DNA of 51,913 nucleotides, filler included, from Streblomastix strix (lineage: Eukaryota), in the NCBI GenBank assembly GCA_008636045.1. It is 2 parts of 2 records of this genome, joined end to end, with 100 filler letters (N's around TTAATTAATTAA, not from the genome) between each part and the next. Parts side by side here need not be neighbours in the genome. Positions count along the whole stretch, not along the records: positions 1 to 25,920 come from SNRW01000185.1; 1 more part is not named here. One strand, 5' to 3'. A program made the position numbers and the translations under genes. The notes beneath the pieces are model-generated. The model was not told where the DNA came from. It ran no database searches and was given only the letters and a program-made list of their open reading frames with translations. Shown here in pieces: positions 1-12,697 of the stretch (positions are counted from its first letter, which is position 1; every line of letters begins with the position of its first letter).

Positions 1-900
1 TCATTGGTTGAATAGCGTCAGATCTTTCTTTGATCCTATTCATCATATTGTTATCCATATTTTAGATTTAGTTATTCTGTTCCATTTGATGAATCTCAGC
101 ATTTTATATACTAATTCATTGTTGGTGTCCATTTAATAAAGTATTTGCAATTCAATACTGATTACATTAAGTTAAGCGATTTCTGGTATGTTTTCTGAAT
201 TCATTAATTGGTATAATTATTAAATAAATTATTCTTCATTATAGCATTAATGGAATAATTATTGTTCTGTTCATAAGTTTGTATTTTTCTCAAAATTCAA
301 CTCTTCTTAATTGATTATGGCTGCACCAATCTTGGAGATTGAGTTCTCTTCATCTTAGCTTGGTATGATATTACTCATTCTCCCGATAACATTTTTTATT
401 ATAATATTAAAGCTGATAACTATGCTGGAGAAGCAGTTTATTGGTTGAACTGTTTCCCAAAAACTCTATCACTAATTATATTTAATTTTGAATTCCCTTT
501 GACCATTTCTTGCCATCTAGCATTATAAGCTCAGTGCTCATTCGTCTTTTTTCTTATTTTCCGAGTCTTTTCTTAAATAAACTGTCCTTCTTTTTCAGCC
601 TTTCCTGTAATCAACTTGACTCCTCCTATTATTTCGATCCTCTTCATCATATCTACGATCGTAATCATGATCATAATCATGATTATTGTGGCTGTGGAGA
701 TTTTTATCTTCACCAAATTGCATTCTTACCGAATTCTGCTTCAATTCTACTTCAAATTGTCTCAAGAAGGACTACTAAACTATTAATGTTTGCTATTTGT
801 GTTTTGCATGTTTATAAATGAACCAGTTCACATTCATCAAGCCCTCGTCAAATCCGCCATGGTGCTTACAAGCTGTTCAATATCTATTGGTGAAATAAAA
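1..900 (-). pseudogene. Decayed DIRS ORF1 (gag-position) remnant related to element A; mirror 25021-25920 (+)
   Basis: Translated segments HHGGFDEG..FIYKHAKH, HDYDHDYDRRY..DRN and NIIPSQDEENSIS..INQE align with QHRRFEED..FIQRHARH, HDHDHDRSY..DRN and NISPNFDEESTVS..INQE in 42300-42860 (-). It has several TGAs and frameshifts. Confidence 0.75.
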
Positions 901-1143
901 AATTCAGAATGATACTTTTTTAGAATCGTCCTGGCTTTTATTACGTTTTAAAAAAATTTTGGAAACTCTACATATAAATTAAGGTGCCAAAAAAGCTAAA
1001 ACCACCGATTTTGAAGGTCTCCGTAGATCAAGCTGTTCATATTGCCGGATTGTGTAATTGTTTTAACTTTTTATTTTTCAAAAGGCTGACCGATAGGGAT
1101 GAGTAGCTCAATGGAGCACCATGGCCTTACAGCCTATTTGACA

Positions 1144-1201
1144 ATCTCAAAATTTAGAAGAAGGCAAGATTCTCCGACGGAGATGTACTATAATAATCTC
1201 C
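1144..1201 (+). mobile_element. Probable DIRS terminal (ITR-end) sequence of family A; mirror 24720-24777
   Basis: 1164-1201 matches the reverse complement of 37467-37504 at 33/38. The similarity stops at the centre of the element-A palindrome. Confidence 0.6.
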
Positions 1202-2877
1202 GAAAATGTAGGATTTTTAAAGAAGTAATAAAATTTTTATTTAATTATTTATTTCAAATTTTGCAGCAAAATATTCAATTCAACTATATCTTCTTTATCA
1301 TTTGTTCAAACAACAAAATTGTAAAGTGAGAGACAGACACACACACGGAAAGAAAAAGTAGAAAAAGAGATTCTGAGTTAATTTTATATTGACTCACTTG
1401 AACTCAAATTTGATCCTACTGTCAATGATAAAAAAGAAATTGTTGAAGAAACGTATGATTAGGACAGAATTATTATGATATAGAAAAGATCAAAGAAAAT
1501 ATAAAAAATTCACTTATGATAGAGAAGTGAGAAAATTTAAAGAAAATTTTAAAATAGTAATTGAACATACTAAAAAATGTAATTATATAAAAAAATTTTA
1601 AGAATTCAAATTGTTGAAATACAGATGACTTAGATAATAATCATTTACCGCGTAATCACCTTTTTCTCCTTTATATTGAGATATGAAAATAAGAAAATAC
1701 TGCAAATAATTTTATCTGGATGCTAAAATGTATTGAATAAATATCATTTATAAGAGAAAATTAAACTTTTTTTAAAAGTTTTTCTCAATATTGGAAATTT
1801 GAATCTTTTTATAAAGAAAAATAATATTCTAATAATAAATTTTTTAATAACAAAAAAATAGTAAGGATTTGAATATGAATATAATCAGGAAGATGCACAG
1901 AAGTAGGGGGCGTTAAATGGTGTCCACAGTGCCTCGAGAAAATTTCAGAAGATGGCATCATGAGAATGAAATGGCACAACCCATTAAATTTAATGGTTTA
2001 TATGTAGGATAACATGAAAATTCATTTCATTATGATTTGTTATCAATCATAGGAATATATGGATGCTATATAAAAATAATAAAAATAAATCTAAATATTA
2101 AAAATAGGCTGATTCTGCAGATAATATGATCATATTTAGAATGGATGATACTGTGAAGAATTGAAAAAATGATGTAAATCCAGAGTAGCTCATTTGATAA
2201 TAAAAATAAAGTTTAAGATGAAAGAATATAATATAAAGAAAATATAGAATAATCGGAATTATAAAAAGAACTTAATTAAAGAAATTTATTCAGTACACCA
2301 GAAAAATATCCTTAATATTCCTTAATGTTGTATGAAATGAAAGAACTGATAATTACTGATGCAACATCTCATAAAGAATAATAAGAATAATAATGAGAAC
2401 ATGATTATAAGAAAAGTGGATTAAATTCAGGAATAGATTTTGTTTGAATTGGAAGAAAGATGATTCAGATGACGGTAATGATAATAATTGGAGCAATAAT
2501 ATTGATATGAAAGTTTTATGATAAAATTGAAATAAGGAAAATGAATAAAAAATAAATAGATGAAGAATATTAATTGTTGTCAATTGAGATATACAATGCT
2601 ATTTTGAATGTGAATGGGAACAATGAATATTGAAAGATTGATGAAATATGTTATGTTATTAAATACAAAAAAAGTTTAGAAAGTTCAATAAATCGTTTAA
2701 AATATCAATCAAATCAAATTAATTTCCGAAGATAGACAAATATTTTTTTTGTTGATATATCCACTTTTTGAGATAAAATTTGATCTAAAAAATATAACTG
2801 GGGCAATGTTGAAAAGAAAGAAGAAACAAAATAAGAAGAAGATTAAAAATTTACTTTATTATTTTTATATATTGGCA

Positions 2878-3485
2878 GGAGCTATTCTCATCTTAAAGCT
2901 TAAACGTAGAATCTGTATGTGAAAGATAAATAAATATTTAATGGATGTTAAATAAAGAATTTTTGAAAATATATATATATTGGAAAAAAATATATAATTT
3001 TTATTTGTTTACTATTTTCGTAAAATTATACAATTTTTAATCGTTAATCAAGAATAATACTATTTTTATAATTATATTTCAGTATGACTTTTAAAAGTGA
3101 TGTCTGGTCTTTTGGTGTTATTATAATTGAGATGATTACAAGATCGCACCTGTACGCAGGAATGTCAATGAATGAAACCGTGTGAAACATAAAATAGAAC
3201 AAAATAAACCAAATACCAAGCATTTTTCATGGTGATCTGAAAGAGATGATTCTTGCCATGTTGACTATTGTATGATTACAAATTATTTAAATGTGATTTT
3301 AATATATAATACAAATATTAATAAATGTATTATTAATGTATATTTGTTTGTTTACTATTAATATAATATATTCAGGATCCAAACAAAATGCTATCAGCAT
3401 AGGAACTTCTATCATCCAATCTGATGGAGGTTTAGGCATTGGTAGAAAATCAAAGTGAATGAATTATTAAATTAAAGAAATAATG
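2878..3485 (+). pseudogene. Ser/Thr protein kinase C-lobe fragment with introns
   Basis: The exon after TTTCAG (3082) reads MTFKSDVWSFGVIIIEMIT (subdomain IX). The next exon reads DPNKMLSAQELL (subdomain XI, conserved Arg lost). In-frame TGA at 3183-3185. No intact N-lobe or catalytic loop was seen. Confidence 0.75.
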
Positions 3486-3829
3486 AAAATGATGCATTGA
3501 AGTGTAATATATGAATAAAGTAAAAAAGTGACTGTTCAACGAATTAGTTTATATCATAATATTTAATTCAAATTCTTAAATTCATCAATTTATTTCAATA
3601 AAATATTACATTTTTTTTAAAAAAAATTTGTCTTTTACTATTTTTATTCTAACCAATAGTCTTGCCCTTAGACAATGCAAACTCTTCAAAAAGAGAAATG
3701 AGCTACACCTTTATTTATTTAACTCTGGGTGCTATCGGCCCAGTTCGAAGCAAATAATGAAACGATTAACGTTGTAGTAATAATAAAATAAAAATAAAAC
3801 TAATTTAAAACATTCATTTCGTTGCTTTC

Positions 3830-4210
3830 CTATTGCTCTTTCTCTTTTTCTTCTTCTGGGTGGGACTTCCATGTACGGGTGGGACAAAGATGGAGCTCAC
3901 ATCTCTTTCGGAGGAGATTATACGTCCGTTCAGATCATGCTTCATCTCCTTCAGAGAAGATGATCATCATCTTTGTTTATTGGACTTACTGTGTTGAAAG
4001 GACTTGCTCTTCTGCTGGAGTAAGGCTTGTTCAAAATTGTGATGCGATTAGTCATCTTTAAAAAATGTTACAGTTGGAGAAAACTCTTCTTGTTGGGAAA
4101 TACTTACCGTACCTGGTATATGTAGACCTAAGCACAACTCCATCTCGGCTTCGATCTCGGATTCAGACTCGCACACGTTCTCTTCCTATATCTCAGCAAC
4201 CAAAGCTCTC
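3830..4210 (-). mobile_element. Remnant of the YR 3' tail of a third DIRS-like family; mirror 21711-22091 (+)
   Basis: GC-richer island with a ~93-bp palindrome (3884-3976), followed on the sense strand by a CCCACCC..TCCCACCC pair like the one after the element-B palindrome (49385-49410). Confidence 0.5.
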
Positions 4211-5504
4211 ATTTTAATTATTATCCGGTTATTGAAATAAAATAACCCTATATAAATAATATTAAATTTCTAATTAAAAAGTAAATTTTCAAAACATTAT
4301 GGTAAAAATAATGAATATATCCTGATGACGTAGCTCGCAAACAATTCTTATCATAATATTGCTTCACTATACTGGCTACATCATAATAAAGCTGACTAAT
4401 ATGGGTGCGAATGCAACATCGGAAGATAGATTTATACCCTGAAAAATAATCAGTGTCAGCGAACTATAAAGAAATGTATTAAATTCTATTTAGAATATAA
4501 ATCTTTTAATAATAATTTTATTTAGATTTAATGGTAAGAATAAAAATTCGTATAAATTTAATGTTCAAAATACGTTTGAAATGAAAATTTTTTGAACAGA
4601 TTTTAATATAACATTTTTTATTAATTTTATTATCGTTTTCTATTTCTACTTCAATAGTAAAAATATAATAATATCAAATTATTAATCCGATGTGCAAGCA
4701 TTACTCAATTGTGTAGTGGAACAGTAGCAGATAGGTTGAAGTTTAAAAATCATAAAAATTAAAATTTAGGAATGGGTGTTATGATAGGAAGAGTATTTGG
4801 AAAAGTTCCAGTTGGAGGAAAATGACATCCAATAGAACGAACTCGGATCATGTTAAAATATGAAAATAAAACCGTGAGGAATAGGGTACAAGCAGCAAAT
4901 TTTAGGATTATAGAAAGTCATCTATCAAGTCTGAAATTTATGAGAACTAATGTGAAAATAGAGAATGATTTGAAAAATAAAAACAGAAATCAAGTCAAAA
5001 TCACAATAGTAAGAGAATGAGATGAATGTAAAGAGATGATAAATTAGAAGATGAAGAAGAGTATGATTATCATCAATCAGGATCTGAATAGGACGCGAAT
5101 GGGCCATTTGGTGAAGAAGATGACGATTAGAATCAAGATTCAGAGTAAATTAAACGTGTAACAACAGAAGAAAAATAAGAAGTAAAAGAAATTACCAGCG
5201 AATGAAGAAATATATTCAAAACCAAGAAGGGGTTCTATGATACATGCGAAATCAGAAAAACCGAAGTTGAAAGAACAACCACACAAGGCAAAAAAGCGCC
5301 TAAACCAACTCTAAAGAAAATTTCTCCTAAGTTCACTGATTCACTTTTTTCTTCCAAAAAGTCTACTAGAAAGTTTCCTCCTTCTTCTTCTTCTTCTTTC
5401 TCTTCTAAAAATACACGTCGCAAGACTAATAGCCATGGCAGGATAATGATATGATGCCAAAAAAAAATAAAAATGATAATATTTAAAAGTACTGTTTTAT
5501 ATTT

Positions 5505-6380
5505 TTAGTTCATTTTCATTTATTATATTCATCTTCAATACATCTTCATTTATTAAACTAATCTTCATTTCAACTCAGATTTTAATATTCATCTTCATTT
5601 CGTCTTTCATTATTATATTTATCTTCATTTCATCTCAATTTGTTATTTCCATCCATTTTTCATCTCAGATTGTTTTATTCGTCTTCAATTTATCTTCATT
5701 TATTAAATCAATCTTCATTTCATCTCAGTTAGTTATATTCATTTTCAGGATGTTTTGTTTATCTTCAATACATCTTCAATTATTAAATTTATCCTAATTT
5801 AATCTCAATTTGTCATATTCATTCATACTTCATCTCAGATTATTTTATTCATCTTTAGTTCATCTTCATTTATTATATTCATCTTCATTTCATTTCAGTT
5901 TGTTATATTCATCCCTATATCATCTCAGATTGTTTTATTCATCTTCAATTCATCTTCATTTATTTTATAATCTTCATTTAATCTCAATTTGTTATTTCAT
6001 TCAATTTTCATCTCGGATTGTTTTATTCTCCTTCAATACAACTTCATTTATAGCATTTATCTTCATTTCATCTCAATTTGTTATATTCATCCATATATCA
6101 TCTCAGATTATTTTATTCATCTTCAATTCATCTTCATTTGTTATATTAATTTTCATTTTATCTCAGCTTGTTATATTCATCCATATTTCATCTCAGATTG
6201 TTCTAATCATCTTCAATACATCTTCATTTATTTGATTTATTATTAATTAATTTTCATTTAATATATTCATCTTTATTTTTTATCAGATTGATATATACAC
6301 CTTCATTTTATCTTAGAATATTGTATTTATTTTCTATATATCTTCATTTATTATATTTATCTTTGATTTATTTCAGATTG
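5505..6380. repeat. Minisatellite with 30-bp subunits in a 90-bp higher-order repeat; mirror 19541-20416
   Basis: On the mirror strand the units cycle ATGAATAAAATAATCTGAGATGATATATGG / ATGAATATAACAAATTGAGATGAAATGAAG / ATTAATATAACAAATGAAGATGAATTGAAG. TGA recurs in all three frames of that strand. Confidence 0.85.
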
Positions 6381-7199
6381 ACATAAATTATAATCTATTA
6401 ACATAGACAATAATTTACATCATCAATTTTTATTTTCAACATTAAGTCATATCTGTTTGCTATAAACATCTTAATCGCAAGACTAACAGCCATATCAGGA
6501 AGAATAGATGAATATTTACATATATATGTTTATGTGTAATTATTTATGTTTTTAACAATAAAAATATAAAAAAAAATTTATTTTAAAAATAATATTTTTT
6601 AATTTAAAAAAATTTATTTTTTTAAATAATATTTTTTAATTTAAAAAATTTATTTTTTTAAATAATATTTTTTATTTAAAAATTTGATTAATTAAATTTA
6701 AATTTTGTTTGAATAATTTAGAATTTTTCAAAAATATTTTTTTCAAATATAACAAAAATTATCAATATAATCTTTTTTGTCTAAATATATCAATAACCAC
6801 TTAACTCAGTCGTTTGCCAAAAATATCTCAGAAATCTTGATAAAACGAAATTTAAAGTATTCGTAGGAATAAATAATATTTATAAAATAATTATATATCT
6901 AAATTATAAGTAAAAGAATATAATTTGAATCTGCATTGATTTCAATTATATAAGTATGTACAATTGTCTTCAAACTAAATTAAAAAATTATCTTAATTAA
7001 TATATAATTAATATAAAATTTTTAAATATTTTACATTTTGCTAAAATTATTGAAATTTTTTAATAAAATCTAATTATGCGAAGAAATTTTGAAATTATTT
7101 AAGCTTTTATATACTTTAATTTAAAATTTTTATTGCTGTCTTAATTTAAATCAAAAAATAATCTTTTTTACTGAAAATGTTTAACTTAAGAAAGTTTTA

Positions 7200-8330
7200 T
7201 AAATTAATAATTTTTTTAAATTATTACATAAAAAGCCTTGGACCATTATTGAAGTTTATCCTTCTTACGTAAAAATTGAGCGAAAGATAAACATCACTAC
7301 AAGTTATTCGCAAATATTGGATAATACATATGAATCTACACATGATGATAGAAGATAAGATGGAACCTTACTAGTTAGAAGTATATTTTATTTAAATTTC
7401 TCATTACTTAATTTAAATTGAATTAAAATTTTACATTTTTTAATTTAAAATATTTTTATAAATATAGGAATTTAACCTACAATAAATAAAATTGAAGCCG
7501 ATATTTATATTGAATTTAAAGACCTACAACTATATGTGGTTTTCATAAAATAATTTGATTTTAATAAGTAATTTCAAAATTTTTTTAATTCTTATTAAAT
7601 TTAATTTTTTAATAATTTATTTATTTTAAAAAAATATTATTTAAGAATAATATAAAGGTCTAAATTGTTTGTCAGTTTTGGGATATAATATTAATGAATT
7701 AAAAAAGAAGCCAAAAGATATTATTGTAAACGATTTCTGGTTTCCATGAGAAATTCTAAAGGTATGTAAATGTTTCATTTAATAAATTATATTATAATTG
7801 AAAATGTTGTCATCATATTATGTTGTAGAGAAACAATAAAAAAAATTATGCTTATTTTTTTTTAGAAAATTTTTATACTAAAACAGATTTTTTTATATAT
7901 ATTTTCATTAAATTTAATTTATTTTGATTATATTATATTTCAGTGAAGAATCAATTGGTAAATCCTGCATTTCTATATCAAATACGAAAGTTTTTGTTCA
8001 CAAAATTTGAAATTTATTTGATCAAATTAAATAATAATTATTGGATTAATATTTTATTAAAAATAGTTAAAAATTTGTCATTATTCCTTTAAAATTATAT
8101 TATTTTTATAAAATTAGTTATAAATTATTATAGATTCAATTTGATAAGACACGATGTGAAACTACATCAAGATCAGTCATTGTTCTTAATATAAAGGGAG
8201 TTAATAGTTAAAAGTTCTAGCAGCAACAACTACCTTCTATATTTGAAACTTCCACTTTAAATGAAAATGGCTCAAAGTGTTAACATATTTAGATATTAAT
8301 TCAAATTTATTATAATATTCCGTAAAATAT
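7200..8330 (+). pseudogene. Intron-containing gene or pseudogene of unknown function; mirror 17591-18721 (-)
   Basis: Exons KPWTIIEVYPSYVKIERK.., IQPTINKIEADIYIEFK.. and YKGLNCLSVLGYNIN..FWFP*EILK are joined in frame by GT..AG introns. In-frame TGA at 7747-7749. Boundaries are approximate. Confidence 0.5.
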
Positions 8331-8869
8331 TTACAGTTGAAGTTAGTAATCATCAAATATATTTAAAATTAAATCAAGCATTATTTCTTTATTTAATTTT
8401 TTTTGCATAGTTCAAAATTCAAAAATATTTAAATAAATAACATCTAAATGATATTAATTAATATAATCCACTTCTTTATTTATCTAATTGAAATCAATTC
8501 ATTAATATATCTGCAATACTCATACAAATGATTTCAGTTCGTATAAATCACTTCAATATTCATCTTTTATATTTCAATTCAAATAAATCATATCAACACT
8601 CATATAATTGATTTCTATTTGTATAAATCACTTCACTATTTATCATATTTATCTAAATTAATATAAGTAATTTTAATATCCATCTTAATAATTTCATTTC
8701 ATACGAATCACTTCAGTGATCATCTATTTGATGTTAATTCCCATATACTTCCTTCATTATTTCTTTTTGTCAATCACATAATAACAAAAGAGGAAAATAA
8801 ATTGAAAGAACATTTTAAGAAAATATGATTAAATTTAAAAATATTTGTAATATCAAGATAAATAAAGAG

Positions 8870-10400
8870 CAAAATTTGCTGATTAAAATTATATAGAAGT
8901 TTAAACATTCAAAGGAGTATTAGTGGATAAATTGAAAATTATTTCAATTAATAAAAATTAAAGAATAGATTCAGATAAATTAAAGGACAGACCAGGTAAT
9001 AACTTAGAAATGGAACTAGCAATTTAAATTTATATTAGAGAATTCAACTAAATATGTGCTGATATTCCAATTACGGATTTTTTGATGTGTGAAATTGCAA
9101 ATTGAATGAAAAAATTAATTCTTCAATAATAAAAAAAAATTCAATAGATAGGGAACCTGAATGATATTAAGAAAATTATTCTAATGTGAAACGAATGTAA
9201 TAATCAGTATTATCTTATATTGCAGATTTTTTTATAACCAGTTGAATTAATTTCAAAATCATTAGACAAATAGACCTCAAAATAATAATATAAATTAATT
9301 CCTGAATCATAACAAAAATAATCTCTTGAATCACAGGATAAATTGAAAGAATTTATTGAAATAACAGTTCAATTCAAATAAAGATGGATGGATTGACATG
9401 GATTTGCCAGATTAAAAATAATTGTTGATATACTCTCTGCTAATTATTCAACAGCAGAATAGTGGAAAGTTAATGTTTTATCGGAACTAATTTGAATTTT
9501 CAAAAAGAAGAATTTTCTGAAATTTGATGAATTTGTTTATCACTTCAAAATATATAGAGAATTTACATTTGGACAAAAAAGATAAAAATAATACGGTAAG
9601 AAAAAGTCCAAAAGTAGACTTACTGCTTTCACTGGTGCATCCGTTCAAGACGAAAAGTTTAGCTTATTAATTATTGATAAAACATAAGTTCTTAAGTCAT
9701 TCAAAACACATTTATCTACCAAATTCAGATGTAAAAGATAAAAAATGCATGGAATAATTAATTACTATTTTACTGGATTTCTACTGAATTAAATGAATAA
9801 AATATCAAAAATGACAGAAACGTCTGTTTTGCTGTAAATAATTATTAATATCTTCTTATATTTGCTGATGAACTTTCTAAATTAACTGTAAATTATTTGC
9901 CTCCCAACACTACCTCTATCCTCTAACCAATGGATTCAAAAATATATGCAACTGTTAACTAATATAAATATTTAATTAAATCAAAAATTTTTATTGATAC
10001 AAAATCAGGAATGCAAACAGATATTGATTTGCTTTTAAGAAACACTCTTATTATAGCAAGTATCGGATGCTACAAACAAATCTTAGAATCAAAATTGTTT
10101 CGATAAATCATGGCAAACAGAAAAAGCAATAGATCATTCCAAATCTGAACAAGAAGATGACTCATAGATTGAAATCATTGATGAAAAAGAAGAAAATTTA
10201 TAAACAATAGTTTCATTGTCAGAAGCTGAACTTCATTAAGTTGTTATAAACAAATATAATATGTTAACAAAAACATTAGATTAGAAAATGATATATAAAT
10301 CAGAAATTAAAGGGAAATTTTCAAAAATATCTCAATTAAATAATAAAATACAACCAATTTGCAGCTATTAAACAAAAATTGAAATATATATACCAAAAGA
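8870..10400 (+). mobile_element. Decayed pogo/Tigger-type (DDE_1, Tc1/mariner superfamily) transposase
   Basis: Motifs appear in the expected order: FNSNKDGW (HTH end), FDEF (first D), YGKKKSKSRLTAFTGAS, YLPPNTTSILQPMD (9894-9935) and a C-terminal QTKIEIY. Frameshifted with TGAs. Ends are approximate. Confidence 0.82.
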
Positions 10401-11164
10401 TTTATTTCTTAAATTTTTATATAAATCGACACTGACTACGGACACCATAATTTAGGTTCGTGCCCAAAGGTAATAAATTTTTTCGATATATTTAATTAAA
10501 TTTAAATAGCAAATATGTTTAAAAAAATAATGAAATAATTGAATTTATAAAATTATTTGGCGAAATTATATGGTAAATATTGAAAATAATAGAAATATTA
10601 TAAATTGATCCTGTGAATGGAAATAATATTTGATGAATATTATATCTTTATACGTATCTTCAATAATATACGCAAATTTATGTGTTTTAATGCGTTTTAT
10701 GACGCTCACAGCAGATAGAGACACCTTAACATAAAACCTGCATATTATCGTGTTTAAACATGACAAAATGCATTGATTAATAGATTTTTACATTAAATAT
10801 ATTTTATTTTGATGAATACTTAAAGTTAACTGTCAGAATGATACAACTGTCTGGTGATATAGTAGAAATTTTTAAATGAATTGAATAAAAAAATAACGTT
10901 TAACACTTTATTTTTTCAATTGGGAAAAAATAAATACAATTATTTCTTTACTTATTATATTTATTTTATGTTTACCTTTAATAAAATATATAAGATAAAT
11001 GTGTGTACCGTTGGGCAGGAATCTAATTAAGATGTTCATAATTATAGCCGATCTTAAAAAAAACATTTAAATTGTCAAATAAAAAATATTTTATAATTGA
11101 TTATTAAAATAACAATATTATGAAACTATAATTGCGGTTCAGTTGAACATACACCTAATTTGAA

Positions 11165-11445
11165 CAGTGTTCCCTCTAGGCATTAAACGTCCTTGCTTTT
11201 TGCCGCAACTCAGCCAGAATTTAATTGGTTAATGCATGGACGCAAATTTGAAATGAGAGAGAATAAATATGAGGTGGACGGGAAATAAAATAAAAAGAAA
11301 GAGAATATGGGAATAAAAAGAAGGAAATAGAAGAAGAAAAGATAAAAAAAGAATATAATACAAAAGTTTTAATAATCAAATTTATGATAATGCAAGGATT
11401 CAATTTTTTTTTACAAATACATAAAAATTCTTAGAGGGATCACTG
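11165..11445. mobile_element. Candidate MITE with 14-bp terminal inverted repeats; mirror 14476-14756
   Basis: CAGTGTTCCCTCTA (11165-11178) and TAGAGGGATCACTG (11432-11445) are 13/14 complementary. The CAGT..CCCTC start resembles pogo-type TIRs. The flanks are AA/AA, not the expected TA. Confidence 0.55.
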
Positions 11446-11859
11446 AATTTGAATTACATTATGTGGTGCAACTATTCATCGAATGAAGTAAACAAAGAAT
11501 TATCATATAATTGTTCAGCTTATAAAATATAATTGTATAATAATTCAGCTAATTATTATAAAAATATAAATAAATTTATTTTTTTCGAAGATTAGGTTGG
11601 TCTATTAATTTAAAATATGAAATGAATCTGAAAATTATATGATAAAAATGATAAAATGATTTACAGAAATAAACTACAATTTCGTAAATGAAACATAAAT
11701 GTGATGAAGTATGAAATTAAGTAAATAATGTTTGAAATGGTGTTACAAATTAAGAAAGAAAACTAAAAATTTGTATGAGTTGAATAAGAGATATTGTCAA
11801 TCATTAATTTTGCTTTTCAAGATTAAACTTGTATTGTTATTATTATTCAATCATCAATT

Positions 11860-12697
11860 TCACTGAATTTAGCATGTATATTCTTATTTATCATTTATAA
11901 TTGAATTTATTATTTAGACTATTTATATTGCTTTTGATTTTATTTATTCGTTTTATTCTAATTTCCACTTGGTTATTTAATTAACTCTCAATTCTTCTAA
12001 ATATTAATCATCTGTAAGCTTTTCAATATTTTGTTTGATTGATATCGAAAGATTCTTTTTCATTTTTTTATCTTCTAATCTAAGAAGAATCAGATGTATA
12101 AGTTAAAGTGATTCAAGTGTTTTGCTTTTGTTTTCAAATATTTTCTTTTCAAAGCTGTTTGAAAGGATCAATTCGATGTTATCTGGACATTCTGCTATAA
12201 GTGAGAGTCCTTCAAAATCATTATCCTTCTTCAATTACTTGATAACATCTTTGCTGATTAATTGAGGAACTTGTTGAGCTTTGTAAAGACGAGCAATATT
12301 CTGTGCTGTTTACCAATGAATATCAAATTATTCTTTATCTTTCATTATCTTAATGAGCATTTCTGCTGTTCCATCATCAATCAAAGGTTTCAGATATGGA
12401 TTTTAATCTCCAATTTTCAATCCAATTAATCCTTGAATGATGATATTCTGAATTACTTGTCCACATTTCAATCTAATAAATATATCTTTCAATTAAACAA
12501 TCTTCATCAGTGTTTGTATTATTCCCTTTGAAAACAAGACTCTTTTCAATTCACTTGGATGAACTATTGACAATTCCCATAATGCATCAAGAAGCTCAAT
12601 AAACATTTAGTTCAGTGGAAGCTTATTCAGAAAACGAAGATAATTATCAGCAAAGTTAGTTTCATCAATTATAATCTGTTTGGCTTCTGAATTATCA
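11860..12697 (-). pseudogene. Mirror copy of the 3' part of the ARM-like gene
   Basis: Reverse complement of 13224-14061. It lacks the part encoded in the spacer. Confidence 0.75.

Larger units (their letters stand above)
1..12697. repeat. Left arm of giant inverted repeat (position i pairs with 25921-i)
   Basis: Every ORF in the track has an identical mirror (510..821+ and 25100..25411-; 11221..11403- and 14518..14700+). Spot checks were identical. The match ends at 12697/13224. Confidence 0.97.

Noticed and set aside
1330..2700. Coding-like decayed region (e.g. GRCTEVGGVKWCPQCLEK), possibly a DNA transposon relic
   Set aside because: It has many stops and frameshifts and no motif that could be assigned with confidence.
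5810..6246. Hydrophobic 141-aa and 85-aa ORFs that look like membrane proteins
   Set aside because: They are by-products of the pyrimidine-rich strand of the minisatellite, with no convincing start or gene context.
5505..6380. CRISPR-like periodicity
   Set aside because: The units are contiguous and degenerate with no unique spacers or cas genes, and the context is eukaryotic.
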